Source: Bacteroidia bacterium (lineage in GTDB: Bacteria; Bacteroidota; Bacteroidia; UKL13-3). Taken from it: DNA of 41,357 nt. Of the stretch, positions 15,711 to 25,600 are shown piece by piece. Numbering within the stretch: the stretch's first letter is position 1; every line of letters starts with the position of its first letter. Location: positions 1 through 41,357 of the forward strand of contig JBMLOK010000068.1 of assembly GCA_049243005.1 (NCBI GenBank), written 5' to 3'. A program made the position numbers and the translations under genes. The notes beneath the pieces are model-generated. The model was given only the letters and a program-made list of their open reading frames with translations. It was not told where the DNA came from and made no database searches.

Positions 15711-16898
15711 TTATTTTCTGTAAATTACATATAAAGCAGTTGTATAATTATGGTAAGTATTCTTACCCGATAATCTGGCAAATTCACCAAAACCATACAT
15801 ACCTAACCAAGGTGGACATTCCCCATTGTTTGAAAAAGGGAATTGCATTCTGTTTACCAGTTCTTCTTTTAAAATTCTATTAAATAAGAATCTTCCACGA
15901 GCAAGGCAATCGGCATGAAAAACAGCAACCGGAACTTTACCTTCCGACCTTTTTACCATATCTGAAACGATTCTGTCCATTTCGGTAAAAATTTTCTCTT
16001 CATCTCTTTGTGTTAACCAAAGTTTGGTTCCTTCTTTAATTGATGTTGCATACAACATTTCCTCATTTTCATGACTGGTAACAACTCTTAAAATATGTTC
16101 ATTACCATATTCTTTAGCTTGTTCCAAATTCAGTTGTTCAGCCAAAGCTCCAATAGGAATTGTATCGCCACAATTATTGTCTGCATTTAAACCTAAACGT
16201 TGAGTAAACTCAGACCAAGCCGGCTTTCCATTTAATTCAATAATCCTATTTCCATTAGATTTAGTTACAATAAATGGCTCCCCATAAGCAACGAATCCGT
16301 GTGTTGCTGCAGTATCAACTACTAAAGATGGATCTGAAAATCCAACTAAAAAAGAAGCATGCTCATATACATTTTTATCTATAGCCTGATAACTTATTAC
16401 CCCTTTCATATTATCTGAAGTTGTTGCTCCAAAAATGGTAACTTCTGGTCCAAACACATCTTCAATAGCAAGAATGCATGCATCATTGTCAATATCAATT
16501 CCAGGTGCCATAAAATAAAGCATATTGATATTTGGATTTTCATCTTTCAATGCTTTAGCCATTACCAATGTTTTTTGGTAAGCATTTGAACCATTGATAT
16601 CAACACAATGTCCGACAGAAAACTCTTTACCTTTTATTGCCATTAAAGCAATATCTTTCATTGATTCACTTACACCCTCTCTACCAACAACTCCACAACA
16701 TGATGCCGCTAAAATTCGGGCATTGGGAGCCAATTTTGAAGCTTCATCAACTAAATCAGAAAAATTATGACCTATTGATGCATGAAGAATAATTAAGTCA
16801 CAATCAGAATATGAATTACCAAGGGCGATTTCCAAACATTCACTAACACCTCTGCGGGTATTAACCATTCTTGTGCTTCCTGAATAAAATTCTAACAT
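15711..16898 (-). CDS. Stand-alone FIST-domain (FIST_N plus FIST_C; NosP-like) sensor protein
   Basis: ASCCGVVG, IFGATTSD, HGFVAYGEPFIVTKSNGNRIIELNGKPAW, DCLARG, GMYGFGEF and YHNYT FIST motifs. Start moved to ATG at 16898 (MLEFYSG). Confidence 0.88.
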   Translation of the reverse strand: MLEFYSGSTRMVNTRRGVSECLEIALGNSYSDCDLIILHASIGHNFSDLVDEASKLAPNARILAASCCGVVGREGVSESMKDIALMAIKGKEFSVGHCVDINGSNAYQKTLVMAKALKDENPNINMLYFMAPGIDIDNDACILAIEDVFGPEVTIFGATTSDNMKGVISYQAIDKNVYEHASFLVGFSDPSLVVDTAATHGFVAYGEPFIVTKSNGNRIIELNGKPAWSEFTQRLGLNADNNCGDTIPIGALAEQLNLEQAKEYGNEHILRVVTSHENEEMLYATSIKEGTKLWLTQRDEEKIFTEMDRIVSDMVKRSEGKVPVAVFHADCLARGRFLFNRILKEELVNRMQFPFSNNGECPPWLGMYGFGEFARLSGKNTYHNYTTALYVIYRK

Positions 16899-17196
16899 AA
16901 TTTTGGGGATTAAATAATCGTTAAAAATACAATACAAAAAAATCAGTTATTGTCATTAATTCAATTAATAGTTTTAATTTTTCGTTTGCTAATTTAAAGA
17001 TAATCAAAATCAATTTTAGTGGTTAATTTTATGATTTAACCGGAAAAAACTTATTAAGAAAACTTTTGTTAAACCTGAAAATTTAAGTTTTTTAAGAATA
17101 AAATCCTTCTTAAAACTCCAAAAAAATGCGAAAAGAGCTAAGGTAGATTCGAGTAAATCTAATTAATGTGTCAAATGCATCTGAAAGTTAATGCAT

Positions 17197-18171
17197 TTAA
17201 TTTCTTACAAATTGAATTGAACTATCTAAGAATTTACCAGCATTTAAATCTGAATATTTATTTATAAATAAGTCAGGGGGTACAACTGTTTTTTCTGAAA
17301 TGATTATGTCTAAGGCTTGATCTACATCATCAACAATAAATGAATTTGACTCTTTTAATAAATCGCCCAAGCCTCCTAAATTAAAACCAATTACATTTGT
17401 ACCTAATAAAATACTTTCATGAGCTACTCTATTCCATCCTTCATTAATAGAAGTAAAGGCAATAGTATAAGTAGATTCTGCCATTCTTTTCAAATAAGAT
17501 TCTCTGTTTTCTGCAATAATTTCATAAGTATTAAAGCGACCTGTTTCACTAGTATTATTGGTACTGAAATAACAATTATATCCTAGTTCAGTTAATCTGT
17601 TTGCCAATTCAAAAACTTTATAATCATTTTTCCAACTCCATTGTCCCAAATGAATTTGTTTTACTTTTTTAGCAACTTTTATTGAATTGTACTCTTTTAA
17701 ATTAAAGAGGTTTGGAAAGTAAATGACATGACAATCATTTACTTTATTTCTAAAATAAGTTTCCCAAAAAGGAGCAACAACTAAAATAGCAAAATTCCGA
17801 GTTTTGATCAGGTTTAGAAGAACAAAAAAAAGTTTAAAATAGTATTTTAAAACAATAGAACTGTTGTCTCTTTCATCTTCATAATGAAAAACCAGAATAT
17901 ACTTATTATTGGAAAAAATCGCTTTAATTAAAGCGGGTAAAGCAAATCTTGAAACGAGTAGATTTATATCAGCATTGGAATGTTTTAAACCGAAGAAAAG
18001 TAATTGCAGATGTGCAAACCAATTATCAAAAAACTTATGCTCTCGAATTTGTTTAAATTCAATTTTATAACCCAATGACCTTAAAAAAGCAAGGAGGCTT
18101 TCTGCATAAAATTTTTCATGCAGAAAGCCTCCGGTTATATATTTACCATGAGAAAGGTAATTAAACTTCAC
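17197..18171 (-). CDS. GT-B glycosyltransferase (GT4-like)
   Basis: N-terminal TGG loop, ExxxxxxxE motif EGWNRVAHE, VIGFNLGGLGDLL. GTG start 1 nt after the SPFH stop. Confidence 0.78.
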   Translation of the reverse strand: MKFNYLSHGKYITGGFLHEKFYAESLLAFLRSLGYKIEFKQIREHKFFDNWFAHLQLLFFGLKHSNADINLLVSRFALPALIKAIFSNNKYILVFHYEDERDNSSIVLKYYFKLFFVLLNLIKTRNFAILVVAPFWETYFRNKVNDCHVIYFPNLFNLKEYNSIKVAKKVKQIHLGQWSWKNDYKVFELANRLTELGYNCYFSTNNTSETGRFNTYEIIAENRESYLKRMAESTYTIAFTSINEGWNRVAHESILLGTNVIGFNLGGLGDLLKESNSFIVDDVDQALDIIISEKTVVPPDLFINKYSDLNAGKFLDSSIQFVRN

Positions 18172-18172
18172 C

Positions 18173-19102
18173 TCAATCTTTTTTGTTTAAGTTGGAATCC
18201 AATCTTGAAATTGCCATCATTTCTTTCATCGATTTTTGCATACCTTCAAGCGAACCATCAAGAAAAATTACATTTCCTTTTCCTTGCTCTGCAAAATTCT
18301 TAACAGCTTCTGTCCACATACTAAACAAAATGAAAGATGCATCTAAATCTCCATCTTGCATCACTTTTGCAGCCTGACTCAAACCTTTAGCTACTTCTTC
18401 TCTGAATAAGGCTATCCCCTGCCCTCTTAGTTGAGCAGCTTCCATTTCAGCCTGAGCTGCAATTTTAATAGCATTTCCTTCTGCTTCTGCTGCTTTGGTT
18501 TTGGTAATTAACAATGCCTGACCTTCATTTTCTGCAGCAGATTTCATATTATTTGAAGCTACTACTTTAGCCATTGATTTCATTACCTCCTCATCGAAAT
18601 TGATATCATTGATTTGAAGGTCAATCAAGTGATAACCCCATTCCTCCAAAGTCTTATCCATGTTATCTTTTACTGCTTCAGTAATTTCTCTTCTTAAGCC
18701 AAGAATTTCCGCTTGTTTTTTAGTCGCTACATATGCCCTGATTGAACCTTCAACAGAACGAGTTAAAGCTTGCATAAAGTTACCACTATCAATAAATTTA
18801 AAAGCTACATTTTTAATTGTTTCTTCATCCTGATTAATTACTGAATAAAGCAACATAGCCGTAAAATTCACATTTGCCTGGTCAATGGTAGTTGCATTAA
18901 AACCTAATTCAACAGATCTGTTTTGAATTGAAATTTTACGAAATACAACTTCAATCAAAGGTATTTTAAAATTCAAACCAGGATACAGAGTTCTGTTGTA
19001 TTTACCAAAAATTGTTGTAACAGCAACAAGTCCTTGTTGTACTGTTGTAATAGAAAAGAAAATAATAGCCGCAATTACTAATCCGATAATTATATATTCC
19101 AT
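18173..19102 (-). CDS. SPFH/band 7 domain membrane protein
   Basis: N-terminal TM helix, FGKYNRTLYPGLNFKIP, WGYHLIDLQINDI, and an AEAE-rich coiled coil (KAAEAEG, LRGQGIA). Confidence 0.92.
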   Translation of the reverse strand: MEYIIIGLVIAAIIFFSITTVQQGLVAVTTIFGKYNRTLYPGLNFKIPLIEVVFRKISIQNRSVELGFNATTIDQANVNFTAMLLYSVINQDEETIKNVAFKFIDSGNFMQALTRSVEGSIRAYVATKKQAEILGLRREITEAVKDNMDKTLEEWGYHLIDLQINDINFDEEVMKSMAKVVASNNMKSAAENEGQALLITKTKAAEAEGNAIKIAAQAEMEAAQLRGQGIALFREEVAKGLSQAAKVMQDGDLDASFILFSMWTEAVKNFAEQGKGNVIFLDGSLEGMQKSMKEMMAISRLDSNLNKKD

Positions 19103-19105
19103 GTT

Positions 19106-22100
19106 TTATAAATTGATTTGAATTTCAATAATTAAATCATCTTGTTCAATTAAACTTCCTTCCTTCAAAACTAAAGATTTTATTGTTCCTGTTACAGGTG
19201 AAATTACAGTACTCTCCATTTTCATAGCTTCAATGGTAAATAATGGGGTATTTTTTTCAACCACATCATTTTCTTTCACTAAAATTTTAGATAATCTACC
19301 TTGTAAAGGAGAACCGATTTCTCCGGCAATTTTGGCTTTTCTGTTTGAATGTTTAGCAGATGTATTATGTCGATCAATTACTTCAATACTTCTAGTTTGG
19401 CCATTTAATCTAAAATAAACTGTTTTCTTCCCATCACCTTCGTCAACCATATTGATTAATCTAACCAGGATATTTTTCCCAGGTGCTAATTCAATAATAA
19501 TTTCCTCTCCCAATTTCATTCCGAAGAAAAAAGCCGGAGTTGGTAAATGATATAGTTCACCAAAAGCCTCTCTTTTGGTAGCATAATCTTCAAAAACTTT
19601 AGGATAAAAACACCAGCTTAAGAAATCAGTAAACTGATAATCCTTTCCAAATTTCTCTTGAAACTTTATAAAGTCAGCATCAAAATCAATGGGTGCTAAA
19701 TGTTCATTTGGACGACCTGTGTAAGGTTCAACATCTTTTAAAATAAGTTTAGAAAGTTCTTTAGGGAAACCACCGGGATTTTGCCCTAAATCACCTTTAA
19801 ACAATTCAATTATTGAATCCGGAAAAGAAATACTATCTCCCTTTTCCATGATATCTTTTTCGGTATAAGAATTAGCTGTCATGAATAAAGCCATATCCCC
19901 AACAACTTTAGATGAAGGTGTAACTTTTATTATATCACCAAACATCTTATTAACTAAGACATAGTTTTGCTTGATGGTTTCAAATTGGTCTTCCAAACCA
20001 AGACTTCTTGCCTGCGGACGAAGATTAGAATACTGACCACCTGGAATTTCATGGTCGTAAACTTCAGCAGTACCGGCTTTTAACTCGTGTTCAAAAGGAT
20101 AATAATATTCTCTGACTGCTTCAAAATAATTTGAAAACTGGTTCAGAGAATGCAAGTCCATTTTTAAATCACGCTCATTCCCATTCATCATTGCAACAAT
20201 AGAATTGAAATTAGGTTGTGAAGTTAATCCGCTCATACTTGCCAAAGCCACATCAACAACATCTACGCCCGATTCAATGGCCTTTAAATAGGTTGCAGGC
20301 TGAATGCTGCTTGTATCATGCGTATGTAAATGAATTGGAATATCAATCGACTTTTTAAGTTCTTTAATTAAATATTCTGCCTGATATGGTTTCAATAAAC
20401 CGGCCATATCTTTAATCCCTAAAATATGAGCTCCGGCATCTTCTAATTGCTTTGCTAAATCGAGGTAATACTGAATATTAAACTTAGAGTTTTTAGATGA
20501 ATCGAGTAAGTCTCCGGAATAACAAATGCATGCTTCAGCTAAACCATTGGTTCTTTCATTAACAGCTTTGATACTCACCTTCATTCCTTCAATCCAGTTC
20601 AAGGAATCGAATATTCTGAAAACATCAATACCATTTTTGAAACTCTCTTCAATAAACTTTTCAACTAGATTATCGGGGTAAGCTTTGTATCCAACAGCAT
20701 TAGAACCTCTAATCAGCATTTGAAAAAGAATATTAGGAATCGCTTCTCTTAACAAAGCAAGTCGTTGCCAAGGGTCCTCATGTAAAAATCGAAGTGCCAC
20801 ATCAAAAGTAGCACCACCCCACATTTCAAGTGAAAACAATTGAGGATGATTTTTGGCATAGGCTTCAGCTACTTTAAGCATATCAATTGTGCGCATACGA
20901 GTAGCAAATAAACTTTGGTGTGCATCTCTTAGCGTACAATCAGTATATTGAATTGACTTTTCATTTTTCAACCATTTCACAAAACCATCGCGACCTAAAT
21001 CCTGAAGTCGGTTTCTTGAACCTAATGGTATTTCACTAAACTTATCAAAATCAGGAATACGGGCAGTTCTGAATACCTTTTTATCATCAACAAATTTTAC
21101 ATCATCATTTCCATTTACTATGATATCGGCCATATATTTCAAAGCCTTCGTACCTCTGTCGAAGCGCTTTTTGAAAATGAATAATTCCGGATGTGAATCG
21201 ATAAAATTAACAGTGGTTTTTCCAGCTAAAAATACTGGATGTTGTAATACATTTTCAAGGAAACTAATATTGGTTTTAACACCACGAATACGGAACTCTT
21301 TAAGAACCCTTTGTAAACGTTCAGTTGCTTCCAGTAAATTTCTTCCACTTGCAGTAACTTTAACAAGTAGTGAATCAAAAAACGGAGAAATTTTCGCATT
21401 TGGATATGCACTACCTTCATCTAATCGAATTCCGGGACCACCTGCATTTCTGTATGCTATAATAGTCCCATGATCTGGTTTAAAGCCATTTGCAGGATCT
21501 TCAGTAGTAATACGCACCTGCACTGCAAAACCTTTTACTTCAATTTGATTTTGGCTGTAAATATTAATTTCAGGAGAATCGAGACGATATCCTTGAGCGA
21601 TTAAAATTTGAGAGCGTACAATATCATAACCGGTTACTTCCTCAGTAACGGTATGTTCAACTTGAATACGAGGATTAACTTCAATGAAATATATATTTTC
21701 ATCTCTATCAACTAAAAACTCAACTGTACCTGCATGACTATAATTAACATGTTTACAAATTTTAAGAGCGAAGTCGTGTAGTTTAGTTTTTGTTTCTATT
21801 GAAATACCGGGAGCAGGCGCCATCTCAACAACCTTTTGAAAGCGACGTTGAACTGAACAATCTCTTTCATGTAAATGAACTAAATTACCATGTTTATCTC
21901 CTAGAATTTGAACTTCAATATGTCGGGGTTGGTCAATAAATTTTTCAAGAAAAACGGTATCGTCACCAAAAGCAACTTTGGCTTCATTACGAGCTTCATT
22001 AAAAACCTTTTCCAAATCAGATTCGGTTCTTACTACTCTCATTCCTCTTCCACCGCCGCCTGAGGCAGCCTTAATCATTAATGGATAACCAATTCTATTC

Positions 22101-22549
22101 GCTTCCTGAATAGCAATATCGAGGTTTAATAAATCAAGTTGACTATCCTGAATAATTGGAACTTTTGCTTCGGTTGCAACTTTTTTGGCCAGCATTTTAT
22201 CACCCAAAGCCTTCATCACTGTAGGATCAGGACCAATAAAAATGATTCCTTCTTCCTTACATCTCTGGGCAAAAAGTGCATTTTCACTTAAAAAACCATA
22301 ACCGGGATGAATCGCATCAACCTGGTGATGTTTAGCCACGTAAATGATTTCTTCAATATCTAAATAAGGTTTTAAAGGGTCGTTTTCTAAACCAATCTGA
22401 TAACTTTCATCGGCTTTATACCGATGTAAAGAATATCTATCCTCATAGGTATAAACAGCAACAGTTTTGATGTTTAATTCAACTGCTGCACGAAATACTC
22501 TGATTGCAATCTCTCCACGATTGGCAACCAATAATTTTTTAATTGGCAT
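19106..22549 (-). CDS. pyc: Pyruvate carboxylase (single-chain BC-CT-BCCP)
   Basis: LVANRGEIA, HPGYGFLSEN, ERDCSVQRR, EVNPRIQVEH, RDAHQS, EMWGGATFD, HLHTHD, IPGGQYSN, biotinylation motif EAMKME. Confidence 0.98.
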   Translation of the reverse strand: MPIKKLLVANRGEIAIRVFRAAVELNIKTVAVYTYEDRYSLHRYKADESYQIGLENDPLKPYLDIEEIIYVAKHHQVDAIHPGYGFLSENALFAQRCKEEGIIFIGPDPTVMKALGDKMLAKKVATEAKVPIIQDSQLDLLNLDIAIQEANRIGYPLMIKAASGGGGRGMRVVRTESDLEKVFNEARNEAKVAFGDDTVFLEKFIDQPRHIEVQILGDKHGNLVHLHERDCSVQRRFQKVVEMAPAPGISIETKTKLHDFALKICKHVNYSHAGTVEFLVDRDENIYFIEVNPRIQVEHTVTEEVTGYDIVRSQILIAQGYRLDSPEINIYSQNQIEVKGFAVQVRITTEDPANGFKPDHGTIIAYRNAGGPGIRLDEGSAYPNAKISPFFDSLLVKVTASGRNLLEATERLQRVLKEFRIRGVKTNISFLENVLQHPVFLAGKTTVNFIDSHPELFIFKKRFDRGTKALKYMADIIVNGNDDVKFVDDKKVFRTARIPDFDKFSEIPLGSRNRLQDLGRDGFVKWLKNEKSIQYTDCTLRDAHQSLFATRMRTIDMLKVAEAYAKNHPQLFSLEMWGGATFDVALRFLHEDPWQRLALLREAIPNILFQMLIRGSNAVGYKAYPDNLVEKFIEESFKNGIDVFRIFDSLNWIEGMKVSIKAVNERTNGLAEACICYSGDLLDSSKNSKFNIQYYLDLAKQLEDAGAHILGIKDMAGLLKPYQAEYLIKELKKSIDIPIHLHTHDTSSIQPATYLKAIESGVDVVDVALASMSGLTSQPNFNSIVAMMNGNERDLKMDLHSLNQFSNYFEAVREYYYPFEHELKAGTAEVYDHEIPGGQYSNLRPQARSLGLEDQFETIKQNYVLVNKMFGDIIKVTPSSKVVGDMALFMTANSYTEKDIMEKGDSISFPDSIIELFKGDLGQNPGGFPKELSKLILKDVEPYTGRPNEHLAPIDFDADFIKFQEKFGKDYQFTDFLSWCFYPKVFEDYATKREAFGELYHLPTPAFFFGMKLGEEIIIELAPGKNILVRLINMVDEGDGKKTVYFRLNGQTRSIEVIDRHNTSAKHSNRKAKIAGEIGSPLQGRLSKILVKENDVVEKNTPLFTIEAMKMESTVISPVTGTIKSLVLKEGSLIEQDDLIIEIQINL

Positions 22550-22612
22550 AGGTAGCTTTTAAAGCGAGTAATTTCGAAAAAACTTTCGTAATAAAAAATG
22601 AGAATTACCCAC

Positions 22613-25600
22613 CTATCGCATTAAATAAATCTTACCTGTATTTTTTATAAAAAATTTGTCCTCGTCCTTCGATTTTGCGGTCCTATGCTCGATTTCAGAA
22701 TTATCTATTTTACTGAATACCTGATAGAAATAAACACCATTAGCTAATTTATCCCCAAAATTATCAGTTCCATCCCAAGCCCATTCACTCACATTGTTTC
22801 CAATTCTAATGTTACCAAATTCTTCCTTTCTAACTTCTTTTACTATTCTACCATCAATCGACATGATTCTTACCAAAAGTTGATCAGGAATTTTAGATCC
22901 TGTTAAAGTAAAAACAAAACGCATCGAAGAAGTAAATGGGTTAGGATAAGGATAAAAATAAGTAATACTGCTTTTGTTAATTACAGAAAAATCGATTTGG
23001 TATTCAGTATTACCTGCAAAATTTCCACTAGCATCTTTTGCCTGAACTTTTAAGGTATACAAGCCATCAGTAAATTTCGAAGGTTTGTATTCGATGGTAG
23101 CTGTATTGTTATTCTGGTTTGCCGGAATAAATTTAATTTCCGGACTATTCATAGGAATTTGGTCAAACTCAAATGCCCTTGGTTTTCTTATATAAAGGTT
23201 GAATGTTGAAGTATCTTCCTGTAATAAAAACTTATTGGCATCTGTAGAACTAATTCTTATGATTGGCTGAGGAGAAACAATATCTCCGTTTATGATTCTC
23301 TGTCCATCAAAACTAACATCCAATAAGGGATTCAACCTATCGACTTTAACAGATAAATCACGAATTGCAATATTGTTATTATAATTAAATTCAGAAATTC
23401 TTTTAGTAGAATTTATATTCAATTTGAATTGCTGATTACCCTCCATTGCACTTGTTGAAATACTTTTCTCAAGTACTTGATAGCCTTTTGCAGCAAGGTA
23501 ATTCAGACTTGTATTAGAATTATGGGTAATGATTCTGGAGTCGTTTTTTACTTCCCAATTAATTAGAAATGAATCAACATCAGAAGCAGAAATATTTCTT
23601 ACTGGAATTTTAATTCTAATAGAATCACCTTTATCTAATTTGTCTGATTTGAATTCATAAGAAAAGGAAGGATCAATAACCAATTCAGGTGCTTCTATAT
23701 ATGAAATTTGCCATGATTTTATTTGATGTGGCGTTCTGTTTAATGAATCAACAAAATGTAATTTCAATTTTAGAAATGGATATTTTGTTGCATCAATACT
23801 TGCCAAATCGGTAAGTTCTGATTTGATGTTCTTCAATAAAATAGTATCAATACCATTTAAATTTACACCTATTATTTCGGCCCACCATCTTCCACTTTGT
23901 ACGATATCTTTATCATATAAATTTAGTCTTAAGCTACCAAACTGTTTTGCTGGTCCGATGGCTTTAGAGGTAAAATCACCTTCAAACCATTTTAATAAAA
24001 AGCTCTTTTTAATTCTTAGATATTTTTCATCTTGAGGTTCATTTGATTGAGGAGGCAAACTTGTTAATCCTTCCAGCTCACTGTTTTGAACTGTGTCTTC
24101 AGATGCAGTTCCAAGAGCACCATTTTTCATTCCAATAACTGCCCATGCTGTATTTCTGCTGGCTACTTGTCCTACTTTAACCGAGCCTATTTTAGAAAAC
24201 ATATTTCTTGTTTCCTGCTCCCAATTATGAATATTGGTAGAATAACGAGAAAACATGGCTACGAAAAACCCATCAGGAACAGAATCAACCAAACGCCTTA
24301 ATTCCCTTTCTCCTTCAACATAATTTGTATTAAAAGTATAATATCTAAAACTTCTATCTGTTTTGTTAGCCTGAATAAAAGAACAATTAAAAGGATAATT
24401 TGGAAGTTCATAAGGCATATCAACCTGGAATGGTTCGAAAACCAAAACTACTGTTCCTTGTGCCATACAATTACCAACCAAAGCATTTAATAAATAAGGA
24501 ATAACAACTCCCATTCTTCTATGATCCCATCTTCTATTTTCGATACCTAATGTCAGTTCATTGTTGGTGAATTCCGTTGATTTCAATGAATCATTAAACA
24601 ATACAAAACGTGTATCAGAAACATCTTTCACTTGGCTATAAACACTTTGTCGCCAACCTGTTGTACCATTTGGAATATGAGTAAAACTTCCGATTTGCCA
24701 AATACCACCTTTATCTTCACTGATATTCATTTTAACCCTCCAAAAATAAACCTGTGTATCAATTGAATTCAATTTAAACTGAAAAGAAGCCAATCCATTT
24801 TGAGAAATTGGTCCGGATTCTTTAAAAAACGAACTCGATTTATTAAAAGTTAAAGAAGTATCTAATTCGAATAAATATTCAATTTTATCGGAGAAAATAT
24901 TATTGTTCTGAGCGTAACATACAATTGAATCAGTATTTACAATACTATATGGATAAGGATACAACAATGTAATTCCGCTACCGGGAAGGAAAAAATCAAA
25001 TTGAATACTATTGTTTGAGTATTGAATTTCATCAACTAGTTTATTGGGATTTATATCAACAAAAAACTTATTTAAACCTGCATCAGTTTTTGAAATTGGT
25101 TTAATCCAATAGTAAACAGTATCTCTAAAATATGGCGAATTGACTTTAAAAACTGGAAAATCCTGTAATGAATTATCTGGTAGAACTCTTTTGATTTTAA
25201 TTTCAATTGAATCAGAAACAGCTTTTGCAATATTATTAACCACAATTGCCAATTGAAATGAATCAAGTTGGGCTGTTGCATTTGTAGGATTTACAAAAAT
25301 GGCATTTGAATTTAAAGAAAAATCAGGCTTAGATGGACTATATAATTTAAAAGCAGGGTCACCTTGAAGTAATAATTGAAGGGCATGAGAACGAGCATAT
25401 AAATCATTAGAAGAGGTAGATTCAATTAAAGCAGTTTTTAAAATTTCACCTACAGGACGACCATAATTTGTGCCATTCATAGCCAAATAAAAATTATCCA
25501 TTTGGTTGTATAAGTAACCTGTTAAAGTTAGGTTACTATGTGCTAACCAACCTATAGCACCCTTTCTTGCTGCACAGATATAATCCTTCCCATAAACAAG

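Noticed and set aside
16938-17196. Small RNA or terminator in the FIST upstream region (TTTTAAGAA/TTCTTAAAA, GGTTAA/TTAACC and TAGATT/AATCTA repeats)
   Set aside because: Only short, AT-rich arms; cannot be distinguished from background by eye.
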